NCBI GenBank assembly: GCA_963724295.1
Contig: CAVRUC010000008.1
Location: 160,001-224,000, forward strand
Direction: 5' to 3'
Source: an uncultured Chloroflexia bacterium
Lineage (GTDB): Bacteria > Chloroflexota > Chloroflexia > Thermomicrobiales > UBA6265
DNA: 64,000 nt
The position numbers and the translations under genes were made by a program. Numbering within the stretch: position 1 is the stretch's first letter; the number at the start of each line of letters is the position of its first letter. Shown here piece after piece: positions 22,533 to 32,519 of the stretch. Below the pieces are notes generated by a model that worked only from the letters and a program-made list of their open reading frames with translations, ran no database searches and had not been told where the DNA came from.

Positions 22533-23651
22533 ATGTACTTCAAGCAGTTTCTCGACGAACGATGTGGCTGCGCGTCGTACCTGGTTGCTTCCCGCCAGAG
22601 TCATGAGGCCGCGATCATCGATCCATCGATTGCCATCGAGGAGTACGAGACGCTCCTCGCCCAACGCGGCTTCCGCCTCCGCTATGCGATCGATACGCAC
22701 ATCCACGCCGACCATGTTTCAGGGGCCCGCCGTCTCGTTGCCAGGCAGGGTGGAGATGTCTGTCTCCACGAAGCGGCGCAGGTTGCATACCCGTTCCGGC
22801 CGCTCCATGACGGCGAGGAGCTTACGCTTGGGCAGTTGCGATTGCGCGTGCTGCACACGCCCGGCCACCGACCCGAGCTCGTCTCGATCCTGATCGTCAA
22901 TCCGGAGCGCAGCCCGGAGCCATCGATGGTGCTCACCGGTGACTCGCTGCTGGTCGGGGACGTGGGACGACCAGATTTCGGCGGAGGAGATGCCGCGGCC
23001 CAATACGAGAGCCTGAACCGGCTGCTGCGCCTCCCGGACTGGGTGGCGGTCTTCCCTGGACACTTCGAGGGACCGTGCGGCAAGGGGATGTGCGGTCGGC
23101 CGAGCACCACGATCGGCTTCGAGCGCCTCTTCAACCCCCTGGCGCGCCTCGACCGGGTTCCATTCATCGACCACCTCAGCGAGGCCGTGCCGGCCCGCCC
23201 GCTCAATATCACGGCGATCGAGGCGACGAATCGCGGTCTGGCCGACCGTCCGTGGGCAATGCTCGCGACCAACCCGGCAGTGGACGAGGTCAGCCTGGAA
23301 GAGGTGGAATCCCGCGATCCCAGCGCCATCGTGCTCGATGTGCGCGAGCCGGTCGAGTACGCGGCGGGTCATGTGCCAGGTTCCGTCAATCTCCCCCAAG
23401 CCGATCTCGCCGATCGTCTCGACGAGCTGCCGCGAGATCTCCCGTTGCTCCTGATCTGCCAGGGTGGCTATCGCTCACAGCGCGCCGCCCAGTTCCTCAA
23501 ACAAATGGGCTTCGAGCTGGTCTCCAGCGTTGCCGGAGGGACGGCCGCCTGGGCCGAGGCCGGAAAGCCGCTCGGCCGAGGCGAGGTTGACGCTCAGGCT
23601 ACGCGGGTCATCGAGACCGAGTGGGCCCACGCGGGGGGCAGCGCGGTCTAG
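22533..23651 (+). CDS. MBL-fold hydrolase-rhodanese fusion (persulfide dioxygenase/sulfurtransferase-like)
   Basis: THIHADH, HTPGH, TGDSLLVGDVGRPD; C-terminal rhodanese DVRE..EY..GHVPG and CQGGYRS. Confidence 0.9.
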   Translation: MYFKQFLDERCGCASYLVASRQSHEAAIIDPSIAIEEYETLLAQRGFRLRYAIDTHIHADHVSGARRLVARQGGDVCLHEAAQVAYPFRPLHDGEELTLGQLRLRVLHTPGHRPELVSILIVNPERSPEPSMVLTGDSLLVGDVGRPDFGGGDAAAQYESLNRLLRLPDWVAVFPGHFEGPCGKGMCGRPSTTIGFERLFNPLARLDRVPFIDHLSEAVPARPLNITAIEATNRGLADRPWAMLATNPAVDEVSLEEVESRDPSAIVLDVREPVEYAAGHVPGSVNLPQADLADRLDELPRDLPLLLICQGGYRSQRAAQFLKQMGFELVSSVAGGTAAWAEAGKPLGRGEVDAQATRVIETEWAHAGGSAV

Positions 23652-23669
23652 CAGCAGCGTAGCAAGCTG

Positions 23670-24089
23670 CTAACCTTCTCGGTTGGGCGTGCCCAGGACG
23701 TGGCTGTTGAACGGCTGCATCACGTTGTCGAAGATCTGCGTGAACATCGCGGCGGAGAAGAACCCGACCGCGCGCAGTGTCTCCGTGCCGGTGTTGACCA
23801 GATCATGCCCGACGTTGGTCGGCAGCACGAAGACGCTGCCCGGTCCAACCGGAAAGACGCCGTCGTCACGGCGCAGCTCGCCGGTTCCAGAGACGATATA
23901 TTGGGTCTCCTCGGTCTGATCGGTGTGCCAGCCGAGCCGCGCGCCCGGCTCGATCTCGAAGACGATCGTCGTCGACTGGTCCGCGCCGTGTCCTCCGTAA
24001 GAGACGAAGGCGCCTTGCCAGCGAACGGAATCGTCGCCGTCCCCGTGGATCTGCGCGCGCGGCAGGTCAAACGTCGCGACCGGGTCCAT
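23670..24089 (-). CDS. Cupin domain protein
   Basis: EIEPG..LGWHTD..EE..YIVSG.G and GPG.VF.LP....H.LVNTG. Confidence 0.85.
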   Translation of the reverse strand: MDPVATFDLPRAQIHGDGDDSVRWQGAFVSYGGHGADQSTTIVFEIEPGARLGWHTDQTEETQYIVSGTGELRRDDGVFPVGPGSVFVLPTNVGHDLVNTGTETLRAVGFFSAAMFTQIFDNVMQPFNSHVLGTPNREG

Positions 24090-24221
24090 GCCATCCCTTT
24101 CACCGTTTAGCTGGGCGAATCTCATCTCTCCGGCACGGCAACCGACACGGCGAGCGCCGCACCAAGCGTCATGTCCCGGACGATCGCTAGGGTACACCTG
24201 AACCCGGCGACGTCAACCGGC

Positions 24222-24380
24222 GGGAGTCGGAGGTCGGAGGTCGGAGGTCGGGAGTAGACGGCAAGACGGCTCGTAGGGGCGACGCCCGCGTCACCCGCCA
24301 CCCATCACCCGCACGGCCGCTAGCGAGCCGAACGATCCTCGCCAGCGGCAACGATCCTCCGACCCCCGACCTCCGACTCG
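24222..24380. repeat. Composite palindrome with (GTCGGAG)n arms enclosing a GTAG-type REP
   Basis: GAGTCGGAGGTCGGAGGTCGGAGGTCGG ... CTCCGACCCCCGACCTCCGACTC; internal GTAGGGGCGACGCCCGCGTCACCC. Confidence 0.8.
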
Positions 24381-24839
24381 TCAAGCGTCGCGCTCCGGCG
24401 AGAGACATGTGGCGGGCAGTGGTGGCACCCCGGGAGCCAGTTCACTCGGGCCGTAGAGCAGCGTCATCATCGACCTGGAGAGTGGCTGCCAGAACGCGCA
24501 CGCGTCTCGCAGGACCTTCAGCGCAACGTCCCACTGCTCAGGCTCGTCGGTCGCGAACCGGTCGAACCCGTCGAGTACCAGCACGTACCCGGCGGCAGGC
24601 AGCCAGTTGAGATCGGTGAGACAGTCGTAGACGGCGTCCCAGTTGTTCCCGAAGTAGTCCGGGAAGCAGAGTGTGCGGGCAAGCTGATGGAAGAACCCGG
24701 CGCGAGTCGCGGCCTCAGTGCCGTCGAGAACCGCGACGGCGAGCTCGGGTGGAAATGCGTCCTGGCGCAGAATCTGCTCACGCTCCGCCGCGTCGATCAG
24801 GTAGACGCCCGAAGGGCAGCGGTCGGAGCCTCCGCTCAC
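24381..24839 (-). CDS. Barstar family protein
   Basis: FF..LA..L.FPDYFGNNWDAVYDCLTDL.W barstar signature; artificially fused to the upstream gene in the ORF track. Confidence 0.88.
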   Translation of the reverse strand: MSGGSDRCPSGVYLIDAAEREQILRQDAFPPELAVAVLDGTEAATRAGFFHQLARTLCFPDYFGNNWDAVYDCLTDLNWLPAAGYVLVLDGFDRFATDEPEQWDVALKVLRDACAFWQPLSRSMMTLLYGPSELAPGVPPLPATCLSPERDA

Positions 24840-24855
24840 ATCCGCGCTCAGTGGG

Positions 24856-26080
24856 TCAATCCTCGGCACTGATCCGATAGAGCAGACCGTTCTCGTCGTC
24901 GGAGACGATGAGGCTGCCATCCGGGGCGACCACCACCCCGCCGGTCGGCCCCATCGCTCGCCGCTGGCATCCTGCCACCCGGTGGCGAAATCGCGCGCCG
25001 CAACCGGCTCCCCATCCTCGAAGTCGATCAGCAGCAGCTTCGGCGCCGCCGGTGGCTCCCGGTTCCAGGAGCCATGCTGGGCGACGATGAGGTCGCCATC
25101 CAGATCGCTTGGAATCCCCTCACCATCCAGGAACGCGAGACCGAGCGGCGCGGAGTGGGCCTGGATGCCGATCGTCGGTGGGGTCACACCGGAGCAGTCG
25201 GCTCCTGGCTCCTGGGGGGTCGCATCCGGCGGCAGGCATGCCGGCCAGCCATAGTCGCCACCCTCTTCGACGATCGTGACCAGATCGGGCGGGATCTCGT
25301 TGCCCTGGTTGTCGCGCTCGTTCACCGTGGCCCAGAGCAGATCGGTTCCTGGTTGGAAGTCAAGCCCAACCGGGTTTCGCAACCCGGTGGCGATGATCTC
25401 CAGATCGCTCCCGTCCGGATTGGCGCGGGAGATTGTCGAGCGAATTGGCTCCTGCTCCAGACAGATATTGCAGGATGATCCGACCGCGAGATAGAGCATC
25501 CCGTCCGGACCGAAGGCCACGGTGCGGGTGCGATGCCCGCCGGTGGGGAGATCGGGGATGACGACCTCCTGGGCGCCGACCGATCCGGCCGGGTCGTAGG
25601 CAAAGCGGCTAACTTGATGGATCTCCCCGACGTAGAGGTAGTCCCCCTCATCCGTGGTGAAGAACGCCACACTCGCTGGTTGCTGTAGCCCCGAGAGGAA
25701 CACTCCGGCTCCCCAAGCTGGCCATCGGTGAACAGGAAGCGATAGACGATCCCCTGACGACCCGTTCCAACCAGGAGATTCCCAGCGTCGTCGAAGGCCA
25801 TGAAGCGGGGATCACCCAAGCCCGCCGCGACTGCTGAGATGGTATATCCGGGTTGGATCTCCAGCACCTGCCCGGAGACACCGAAGCCAGCGGGATCGCC
25901 AAGCTCGACCTCGACCAGCTCGGGATTCGCGGTTTCCGCATCGTCGACCAGGAGGACCGGTCTCTCCTGGGCCGAGACGACCGGATGATCGGTGACGAAC
26001 GGCAGCGCGCCGGCAATGAGCAATCCGAGTATGGCGGCAATGCGAGCAAGGCGATGGAATAGAGAAATTCCGCGGGACAT
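24856..26080 (-). CDS. Secreted PQQ-dependent glucose/sorbosone dehydrogenase family protein (frameshifts near 25705 and 24937)
   Basis: Signal peptide; H.TRT..FGPDG.LY..VGSSCN, GLRNPVG, NERD, AHSAPLGL, GRP.GV.VAPDGSLIVSDD. Confidence 0.88.
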
Positions 26081-26097
26081 TCTCGATTCCCTTTCGT

Positions 26098-27450
26098 CTA
26101 GGCGTATGCGGCGCCGTCCAGAGCCCGTTTGCGGCGCCGTCCGGCTCCGTAGAGGACGTCGTTACCGTCCTGGTCGACCGGAGGATAGAGCAACCGCTCC
26201 GGCCGTTCCCACCATCCCGGCCGGCTGGTTGCCCTCCATCCCGGGAGCTCGCCCGCCGCCAGACTTTGCGCCAGGGTCGCCAGTGGCGTCGGGCGGGGCG
26301 CCGGACCGCGGATGTCGAATACACCGGGCTCGTAGTGCCCGTCCTCCCGGGTCACCAGGCAGTGCCAGTTCCACGCGCCGAGGAGGGACCAGATGGTCAC
26401 CGCGCGAATATCGACACCGCTTTCCTCGAGCTGGTTGGCGTCTTGCCAAACCTGCGAGAGCCAGCGCACCTGCTCATTCAGCGTCGATCCCAGATGGGCC
26501 TCGGTAATGGCCACCGGGCGGCGATACCGCTGCCAGACCTCTTCCAGCAGACCGGCCGGACTCGGCGACCAATCCGCGAGCACGCGCACAGCCTCGACGT
26601 CGGCGTAGGCGTCGCGCCCGTTGCCACCGTGAGTGCTAGCCGGATAGCGGCGTCGCCGGTGGTCGAGGAACCGCTCGCTGGTCACGTAGTAATTGCCGCC
26701 GATGATGTCGGGTGGACAGGGGTGCTCGCGAAACGGGTCCAGCTCGTGCTGGGTCAGCCCCAGCCAGCACAAATGCTGCCACAGGGCATGGTTCTCGGTC
26801 ACTCGCCCACACAGCAGATCGAGTGACAACCAGCGGCGTTCGTTCTCGTAATCAGCCTGGTATCGCAGCGGCGGCGTGCTCCAGATGCGACCCAGATCCT
26901 CGGTCTGGACGAGCTGAGCGTCGGGATTGACGTGCCGAATCTCCCGCATCGCCAGCTGGACGGCCAGGCACTCGTGGACGAGCGCGCGCACCATCTGCCG
27001 TTCATCGCGGGCGTGCGGATGCCAATGTCCGTAGAGCGCCGCGAAGCGGGCAGTCGTCAGTGGCTCATTGATCGGCGTAAAGGCATCGACCCACGGGTAC
27101 CGCTCGCTGACCGCTCGCGCAAATCGCGCCAGGTGGTGCGGGAACTCTGGATCGAGCAATCCCGTCCAGCGCGGGCCGCTGCCGTGATGGCAGAGTCCGA
27201 CGATCGGCCGGATGCCAAGCTCGCGAAGGCGCGCCAGGCGCTCGTCGGTCCAGCTCCAGTCGGGCTGCGCGGGATCCGTGGGGACCACGCGCTCCCAGAG
27301 GACGGGGTAACGAAGCGCTTTGAGACCGAGGTCGGCGAATCGATCGAGATCGTCGAGCCGCTGCTCGTGACCGGTCAGGACGACCTGGTCAAAGTAGCGG
27401 TCACCGACGCGGTTGACCGTGCACTCGATTCCGCCCCAGAGCTCCAGCAT
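26098..27450 (-). CDS. Family 1 glycoside hydrolase-like protein (glf-cluster type)
   Basis: LWGGIECTVNRVGD, LRYPVLWE, HHGSGP, TPINEP (acid/base), ITEAH (nucleophile). Confidence 0.85.
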   Translation of the reverse strand: MLELWGGIECTVNRVGDRYFDQVVLTGHEQRLDDLDRFADLGLKALRYPVLWERVVPTDPAQPDWSWTDERLARLRELGIRPIVGLCHHGSGPRWTGLLDPEFPHHLARFARAVSERYPWVDAFTPINEPLTTARFAALYGHWHPHARDERQMVRALVHECLAVQLAMREIRHVNPDAQLVQTEDLGRIWSTPPLRYQADYENERRWLSLDLLCGRVTENHALWQHLCWLGLTQHELDPFREHPCPPDIIGGNYYVTSERFLDHRRRRYPASTHGGNGRDAYADVEAVRVLADWSPSPAGLLEEVWQRYRRPVAITEAHLGSTLNEQVRWLSQVWQDANQLEESGVDIRAVTIWSLLGAWNWHCLVTREDGHYEPGVFDIRGPAPRPTPLATLAQSLAAGELPGWRATSRPGWWERPERLLYPPVDQDGNDVLYGAGRRRKRALDGAAYA

Positions 27451-27459
27451 AGAACTGTT

Positions 27460-28569
27460 CTACGCCACAGTCAGGATGCGAGCGGAGCGAATGCGCTGCC
27501 AGACCGTGAGGGCCTGGGCCACCACCTGATCCATGTTGTAGTAGCGATAGGTGGCCAGCCGTCCCGCGAAATGGACGTTGGGCGTCTGCTGCGCGAGGGC
27601 CTCGTACGCCTTGTAGCGCTCGGCGTTGTCCGGCCGTGGAATCGGATAGTACGGGTCGCCCTCAGCACGCGGGTACTCGTAGACGATGGTCGTCATGGGG
27701 TGCCGCTGGCCGGTCAGGTGCTTGAACTCCGTGACGCGCGTGTAGTCGTAGTCGTTCGGGTAATTGATCGTGCCCACCGGCTGGAAGACCTCGGTAGGAT
27801 GGGTCTCGAACCGGAACTCGAGCGACCGGTAGGGCAGAGGACCGAACTGGTAGCCGAAGTACTCGTCGACCGGACCCGTCCAGATCAGCTCCCGATACGG
27901 AACAAAGTCCTCGATCTCCCGGTAATCGGTGTTGAGCATGATCTTGATATTGGGGTGGTCAAGCATGCGCTCGAACATCCGCGTGTAGCCGTGCTTTGGC
28001 ATCACCTGGAAGCGGTCGGTGAAGTACCGGTCATCACGATTCGTGCGGGTCGGGATGCGGGCTGTCACCTGCGCGTCGAGCTCAGAGGGCTCGACCCCCC
28101 ATTGCTTACGGGTATATCCCCGGAAGAAGGTGTTGTAGAGATGGCGACCGACTTTGCTCACCACCGCGTCTTCGGCGGTCAGGACGCGTTCCCGCGGCTC
28201 GGCGACGCTCTCGAAATAGGAGGTCAGCTCGTCTGATGTCAGGTTCAGCCCATAAAGGGTATTGATGGTATCGAGATTGATCGGGATCGGCACGAGGCGC
28301 CCTTCCACACTGGCCAGCACACGATGCTGATAGGGGCGCCACTCGGTGAACTGGGAGAGATACTCGAAGATCTCGGGCGCATTGGCATGGAAGATGTGCG
28401 GACCATACCGGTGGATGAGGATCCCCGCGTCATCAAACGTATCAAAGGCATTGCCGGCGATATGCGGCCGCCGGTCGATGAGCAGGACGCGCGCACCGTC
28501 TTCGCGGGCAAGGCGCTCGGCCAGCACGCTGCCGGCGAACCCGGCGCCAACGATCAGGAAGTCGAACAT
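27460..28569 (-). CDS. glf: UDP-galactopyranose mutase
   Basis: VGAGFAG, HRYGPHIFH, YTRKQWG, RVTEFKH, PYYP, GRLATYRYYNMDQV. Confidence 0.97.
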   Translation of the reverse strand: MFDFLIVGAGFAGSVLAERLAREDGARVLLIDRRPHIAGNAFDTFDDAGILIHRYGPHIFHANAPEIFEYLSQFTEWRPYQHRVLASVEGRLVPIPINLDTINTLYGLNLTSDELTSYFESVAEPRERVLTAEDAVVSKVGRHLYNTFFRGYTRKQWGVEPSELDAQVTARIPTRTNRDDRYFTDRFQVMPKHGYTRMFERMLDHPNIKIMLNTDYREIEDFVPYRELIWTGPVDEYFGYQFGPLPYRSLEFRFETHPTEVFQPVGTINYPNDYDYTRVTEFKHLTGQRHPMTTIVYEYPRAEGDPYYPIPRPDNAERYKAYEALAQQTPNVHFAGRLATYRYYNMDQVVAQALTVWQRIRSARILTVA

Positions 28570-28576
28570 CGCCGGA

Positions 28577-29707
28577 TCAGGCCGTGAGTGCCGCGGTCTC
28601 AGCCGCGGGCAGGATCATCGTCGTGCTGGCGCGGGACATGACTGCCAGCATCGACTCGGCGATGCAGTCCCAATCGTGCGCGGCGACGAGGCGCGCCGCG
28701 TGGGCACGCCACTGCCGGTCAGCCTCACTGGTCCGGTTCAACACCGCTTCGGCGGCGGCAACGAACGCTTCTCCCGTCGTGGCGATCTCGACAGCGTCGC
28801 CATAGAGCGTGATCACGTCGGTGATCGGGGTCGAGACGACCGGCTTGCCGCCCGCCAGGTACTCGAGCGTCTTGGTCGGGGATATCGCCCGCGTCGCCTC
28901 GTTGCGGGCAAAGGGCATGAGCGCCACGTCGAAGCACGCCAGGAACGCCGGAAGATCATCGTAGGCTTGCTGGCCGAAGCGGACGATGTTGCTTCTCTCG
29001 GGGATGCTGCTTTCGTCGATCTTTGCCACCGGACCGATCAGCGCGATCGTCCAGTCCGGTCGCAGATCGGCGATCTCCGCCAGCAGGTCCAGGTCCAGGC
29101 GCTCGTCGATCACTCCGTAATACCCCAGGATCGGGCGCCGCTGGTGCGCCAGTCCCTCATGAGGCGACGCCTTGCTCGATGCGAAGTGAGCCGCTTCGAC
29201 CCCGGACGGGAAGCAATGCACCGAGGGGTGCATATCCCGCCGCTGGCGGTACAGCGTCGGGCCACCGGTGAACACCAGGTCCACTTCCGAGAGCAGACGC
29301 GCCTCGCGAATGCGCAATTCCGGCGGCGCGGCGCGGAAGCTGGCGAGATCGTCCATCGCGTCATAGACGGTGAGGCGAGGCCGAACGGTCGCGGGCTCGG
29401 CGCCGAGGGCCATCGGCGTGTAATACCAGAGAATCGGGTCCGTGCCGGGGCGGACAAACGGCTCGACCAATTGCGAGATCTGCCCGTTGACGTGGTTCCC
29501 GAACCCGTACTTTTCGGTGGTCCTTGGCAGCAGCGGAGTTACCACGGTGACTCCGTGATCCTGCCGCACGTGCAGATCGGCGCCCTGGAGGTGATACTCC
29601 GGCTCCTCGACAACGACTACCGGCATCTCCCGTGCGAAACGCGTGAGCAGATGCTGAGGCCGCTGCCAGACAAATCCCCAGCGCAGATGTGAGAACGCGA
29701 CCAGCAT
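28577..29707 (-). CDS. Glycosyltransferase (GT4-like)
   Basis: FSHLRWGFVWQRPQHL, WYYTPMA, GVIDERLD, ISPTKTLEYLAGGKPVVST. Confidence 0.92.
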   Translation of the reverse strand: MLVAFSHLRWGFVWQRPQHLLTRFAREMPVVVVEEPEYHLQGADLHVRQDHGVTVVTPLLPRTTEKYGFGNHVNGQISQLVEPFVRPGTDPILWYYTPMALGAEPATVRPRLTVYDAMDDLASFRAAPPELRIREARLLSEVDLVFTGGPTLYRQRRDMHPSVHCFPSGVEAAHFASSKASPHEGLAHQRRPILGYYGVIDERLDLDLLAEIADLRPDWTIALIGPVAKIDESSIPERSNIVRFGQQAYDDLPAFLACFDVALMPFARNEATRAISPTKTLEYLAGGKPVVSTPITDVITLYGDAVEIATTGEAFVAAAEAVLNRTSEADRQWRAHAARLVAAHDWDCIAESMLAVMSRASTTMILPAAETAALTA

Positions 29708-29854
29708 GCAATCCCCATTCGTCGGTGGCTAGCACCACACCAGACACTAGCGCCGCGGTCGAATCCGCGGCACGCGCTCGAGACAGCGTGCGAGCTACCC
29801 AGAGACTGTGTCCCTTAAATGCAGAAAACATGCCACGGGGTAACGATGTCGTGG

Positions 29855-31735
29855 TTAGTCGCGGTTGCTGACGCCTCCGCTGATGGCCACCGTCGTTTTT
29901 CTGGCTGATTTTCGGGATGCCTTGCGCTGGAGACGCGCCGCTTCGATGCGTTGAAACTCGGGTCCCGTGGTCGCCTCGGCAATGCGTTCGATGGGAAACT
30001 TCGGCGTTCGATCCGCGTACAGCAGACCGTTTCTCTCCTGGTAGGTATCGGCGAATTGGGTGTAGCAAAACCCGGACAGAAGCGGGATGTGGCGCACCGT
30101 CTGCAGGAGCCGGGAGTATGCCTCTTCCAGATCCTCGGGGGTGTCGACCTCGCTGTATCCCCAGCTATCATCCCGCTCCTCTGGAGGGGCATAGGCGATC
30201 CCGCCAAACTCGGTGAGCACCACAGGCTGACCGGCAGGCTCGTGCCCACCCAGGGTGGAGAGGCGCCCACCCGGACGCACCCGGCGCAGGATGGTCGGAA
30301 TATCCTCGTGTCCCCAGTACCGCTGATGGATGCGAGCCGGGTCTTCGTCGTAGTCATGGACACCTATGATGTCGGTCTCAGCGCTCTCCCATCCATCGTT
30401 GCCGACAACGGGGCGGGTGGGATCGAGCGCCTTCGTCAAGTGGTAGAGCGCCTGGATAAAGTGCTGCTGCGGCGGATGCGTGGGCAGGTCCGGCACCCCC
30501 CAGGACTCATTGAACGGCACCCAGGTGACGACACTCGGATGGCTGACGTCGCGCAGCAGTGCGGCGGTCCACTCTCGGACGAGACGATCGATGCTGCCCA
30601 GGGTGAAGCGATAGGCGCTGGGCATCTCCTCCCAGACCAGCAGTCCCAGGCGATCCGCCCAGTAGAGGTAGCGCGGATCCTCGATCTTCTGGTGCTTGCG
30701 AACGCCGTTGAAACCCATGGCCTTGGCGAGCTCCACGTCGCGTCGCAGGGCATTCCCATCCGGGGCCGTCATGCCGCTGTCGGGCCAGTACCCCTGATCG
30801 AGGACCAGTCGCAGGTGCAGAGAGCGGTTATTCAGAACGAATCGGTCCCCTTCGACACCGACCGCTCGCAGCGCCGTGTAGCTGAAGATTTCGTCGATGA
30901 CCTCGCCGTCTGGGCCCAGGAGGCGCAGCGTGGCGTCGATCAGGGTCGGTGAGTCCGGGCTCCAGAGCAGCTCATTGCGAAAGTCGTCGATCCCGGGATC
31001 GGAGAGCGCGATGCGACGATGCACTTCGCCGGAGACGACTGAATAGACGTCGTGCGCCAGGTGGCGCTCCGAGTCATCGACCAGCGCCGTCAGGATGACT
31101 TCGAGCCGGAGATCATCCCGGCTCTCCCCTTCGATGAAGACCTCACAGGCGATATCCCAGGCCATCAGGCCGGGTATCCATCGCAACGAGTCGATCCAGG
31201 ACTCCGGTCGTCGCTCCAGCCAGACTGTCTGCCAGATGCCGGTCGTTCTGGGATACCAGATGGAATGCGGTTCCAGCTGCCAGTCCTGCTTGCCGCGCGG
31301 CTTGGCCAGGTCGTGCGGGTCATCCTCGGCGCAGACGATGACCTCGTGCTCCGTACCAGCGAGCAGGAAATCGGTGATATCGATCGAAAACGGCGTGTAG
31401 CCACCCTCGTGACAGCCCGCGTACGATCCATCGACCCAGACCCGGGCCGAGTGATCGACCGCTCCGAACATGAGGAATATGCGCTCCGCGCCCTGTGCCG
31501 GCGGAATCTCGACGGTGCGCCTGTACCAGCACGAGCGGAAAAACCCCTCGGCGGCGACCCCACTCAACAACGTCTCCGGTGCAAAGGGAACGATGATCGA
31601 TCGATCCCAGGGAACCTCACCGGGGAGCGACCAGTCGCCTTCCGGGTCGAGAGCGAAATCCCAGCGTCCGTCGAGCGACTCCCAGCGTGCTCGCTGCAGC
31701 TGAGGTCGAGGATGGATTTCCGATACACCGGCCAT
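29855..31735 (-). CDS. Glycoside hydrolase family 2
   Basis: HPRPQL.R, FGAVD, HEGGY, RGKQ, GFNGVRKHQK, WVPFNESWG, TEFGG, GFCYTQ. Confidence 0.92.
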   Translation of the reverse strand: MAGVSEIHPRPQLQRARWESLDGRWDFALDPEGDWSLPGEVPWDRSIIVPFAPETLLSGVAAEGFFRSCWYRRTVEIPPAQGAERIFLMFGAVDHSARVWVDGSYAGCHEGGYTPFSIDITDFLLAGTEHEVIVCAEDDPHDLAKPRGKQDWQLEPHSIWYPRTTGIWQTVWLERRPESWIDSLRWIPGLMAWDIACEVFIEGESRDDLRLEVILTALVDDSERHLAHDVYSVVSGEVHRRIALSDPGIDDFRNELLWSPDSPTLIDATLRLLGPDGEVIDEIFSYTALRAVGVEGDRFVLNNRSLHLRLVLDQGYWPDSGMTAPDGNALRRDVELAKAMGFNGVRKHQKIEDPRYLYWADRLGLLVWEEMPSAYRFTLGSIDRLVREWTAALLRDVSHPSVVTWVPFNESWGVPDLPTHPPQQHFIQALYHLTKALDPTRPVVGNDGWESAETDIIGVHDYDEDPARIHQRYWGHEDIPTILRRVRPGGRLSTLGGHEPAGQPVVLTEFGGIAYAPPEERDDSWGYSEVDTPEDLEEAYSRLLQTVRHIPLLSGFCYTQFADTYQERNGLLYADRTPKFPIERIAEATTGPEFQRIEAARLQRKASRKSARKTTVAISGGVSNRD

Positions 31736-31960
31736 GCATGCTCCTCCACGGCAATCGCGGAGCGTCCGGATCGATCCCGGGGCGCGTCGCGATGCGGGCG
31801 TCATTGTAAGCACGGGCGAGCTGAGCACGCGCGGAGAATTTCGTACCCCCGCGTACGTACGCATTAGTATAGCGGGGTGTTCAGATCTGGTGTCTCAGTT
31901 CCGAGACCCGGCGGAGCGCTACAGTGCGGCGATGCCGCCACCATCAGCCAGGAGTGCCCG

Positions 31961-32461
31961 ATGAAGACCCTGCTCGTTCTGCGCCACGCCAAGACCCAGT
32001 CTGATGCTCCGGCAGGTGATCACGCCCGCGAGCTGACAGAACGCGGCCACCGTAATGCCGAGGCCATGGGCGCCTACATCCGCAATCGGACCGGCACTCC
32101 CGACGCGATCATCACCTCGGGTGCGACGCGCGCCCGTCAGACGGCGGAGATCGTGGCGAGGGCCGTCGACTTCAGCGGTCCGTTGACCGTGGAGCCGCGC
32201 ATCTATGCCGCCGGCCTGGATACGCTGCTGGCCGTGGTGCGCCGCATCCCGGATGAGGTTGGCTCCGCGCTGATCGTCGGCCACAACCCGGGGTTCGAGG
32301 AGCTGGCCGAGGCCCTGGCGGGCAACCATGATGAGGAGATTCGCTTGCCGACCTCGGGACTCGCTCTGCTCGAGTTCGACGTCGAGCGCTGGGATGCGGT
32401 GCGAGAGGGCGCCGGTCGCGTACGTGAGGTGGCCACGCCGCGCACGATCGATTCCGCATGA
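31961..32461 (+). CDS. sixA: SixA-like histidine phosphatase
   Basis: LRHAKT, D..RELT.RG, RARQT, IVGHNPG. Confidence 0.88.
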   Translation: MKTLLVLRHAKTQSDAPAGDHARELTERGHRNAEAMGAYIRNRTGTPDAIITSGATRARQTAEIVARAVDFSGPLTVEPRIYAAGLDTLLAVVRRIPDEVGSALIVGHNPGFEELAEALAGNHDEEIRLPTSGLALLEFDVERWDAVREGAGRVREVATPRTIDSA

Positions 32462-32519
32462 ACCGCGGCAGGCGCGCCTGAGACCGGATCGCCCCTATCC
32501 GCGGAGTACGCTTCGCCGC

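Noticed and set aside
24381..25703. Sorbosone dehydrogenase-barstar fusion (440-aa ORF)
   Set aside because: A single indel near 24937 explains it; the dehydrogenase has its own stop at 24856
26932..31867. Long plus-strand ORFs opposite the glf operon (and similar shadows elsewhere)
   Set aside because: Antisense shadows typical of high-GC coding DNA, with no recognisable motifs
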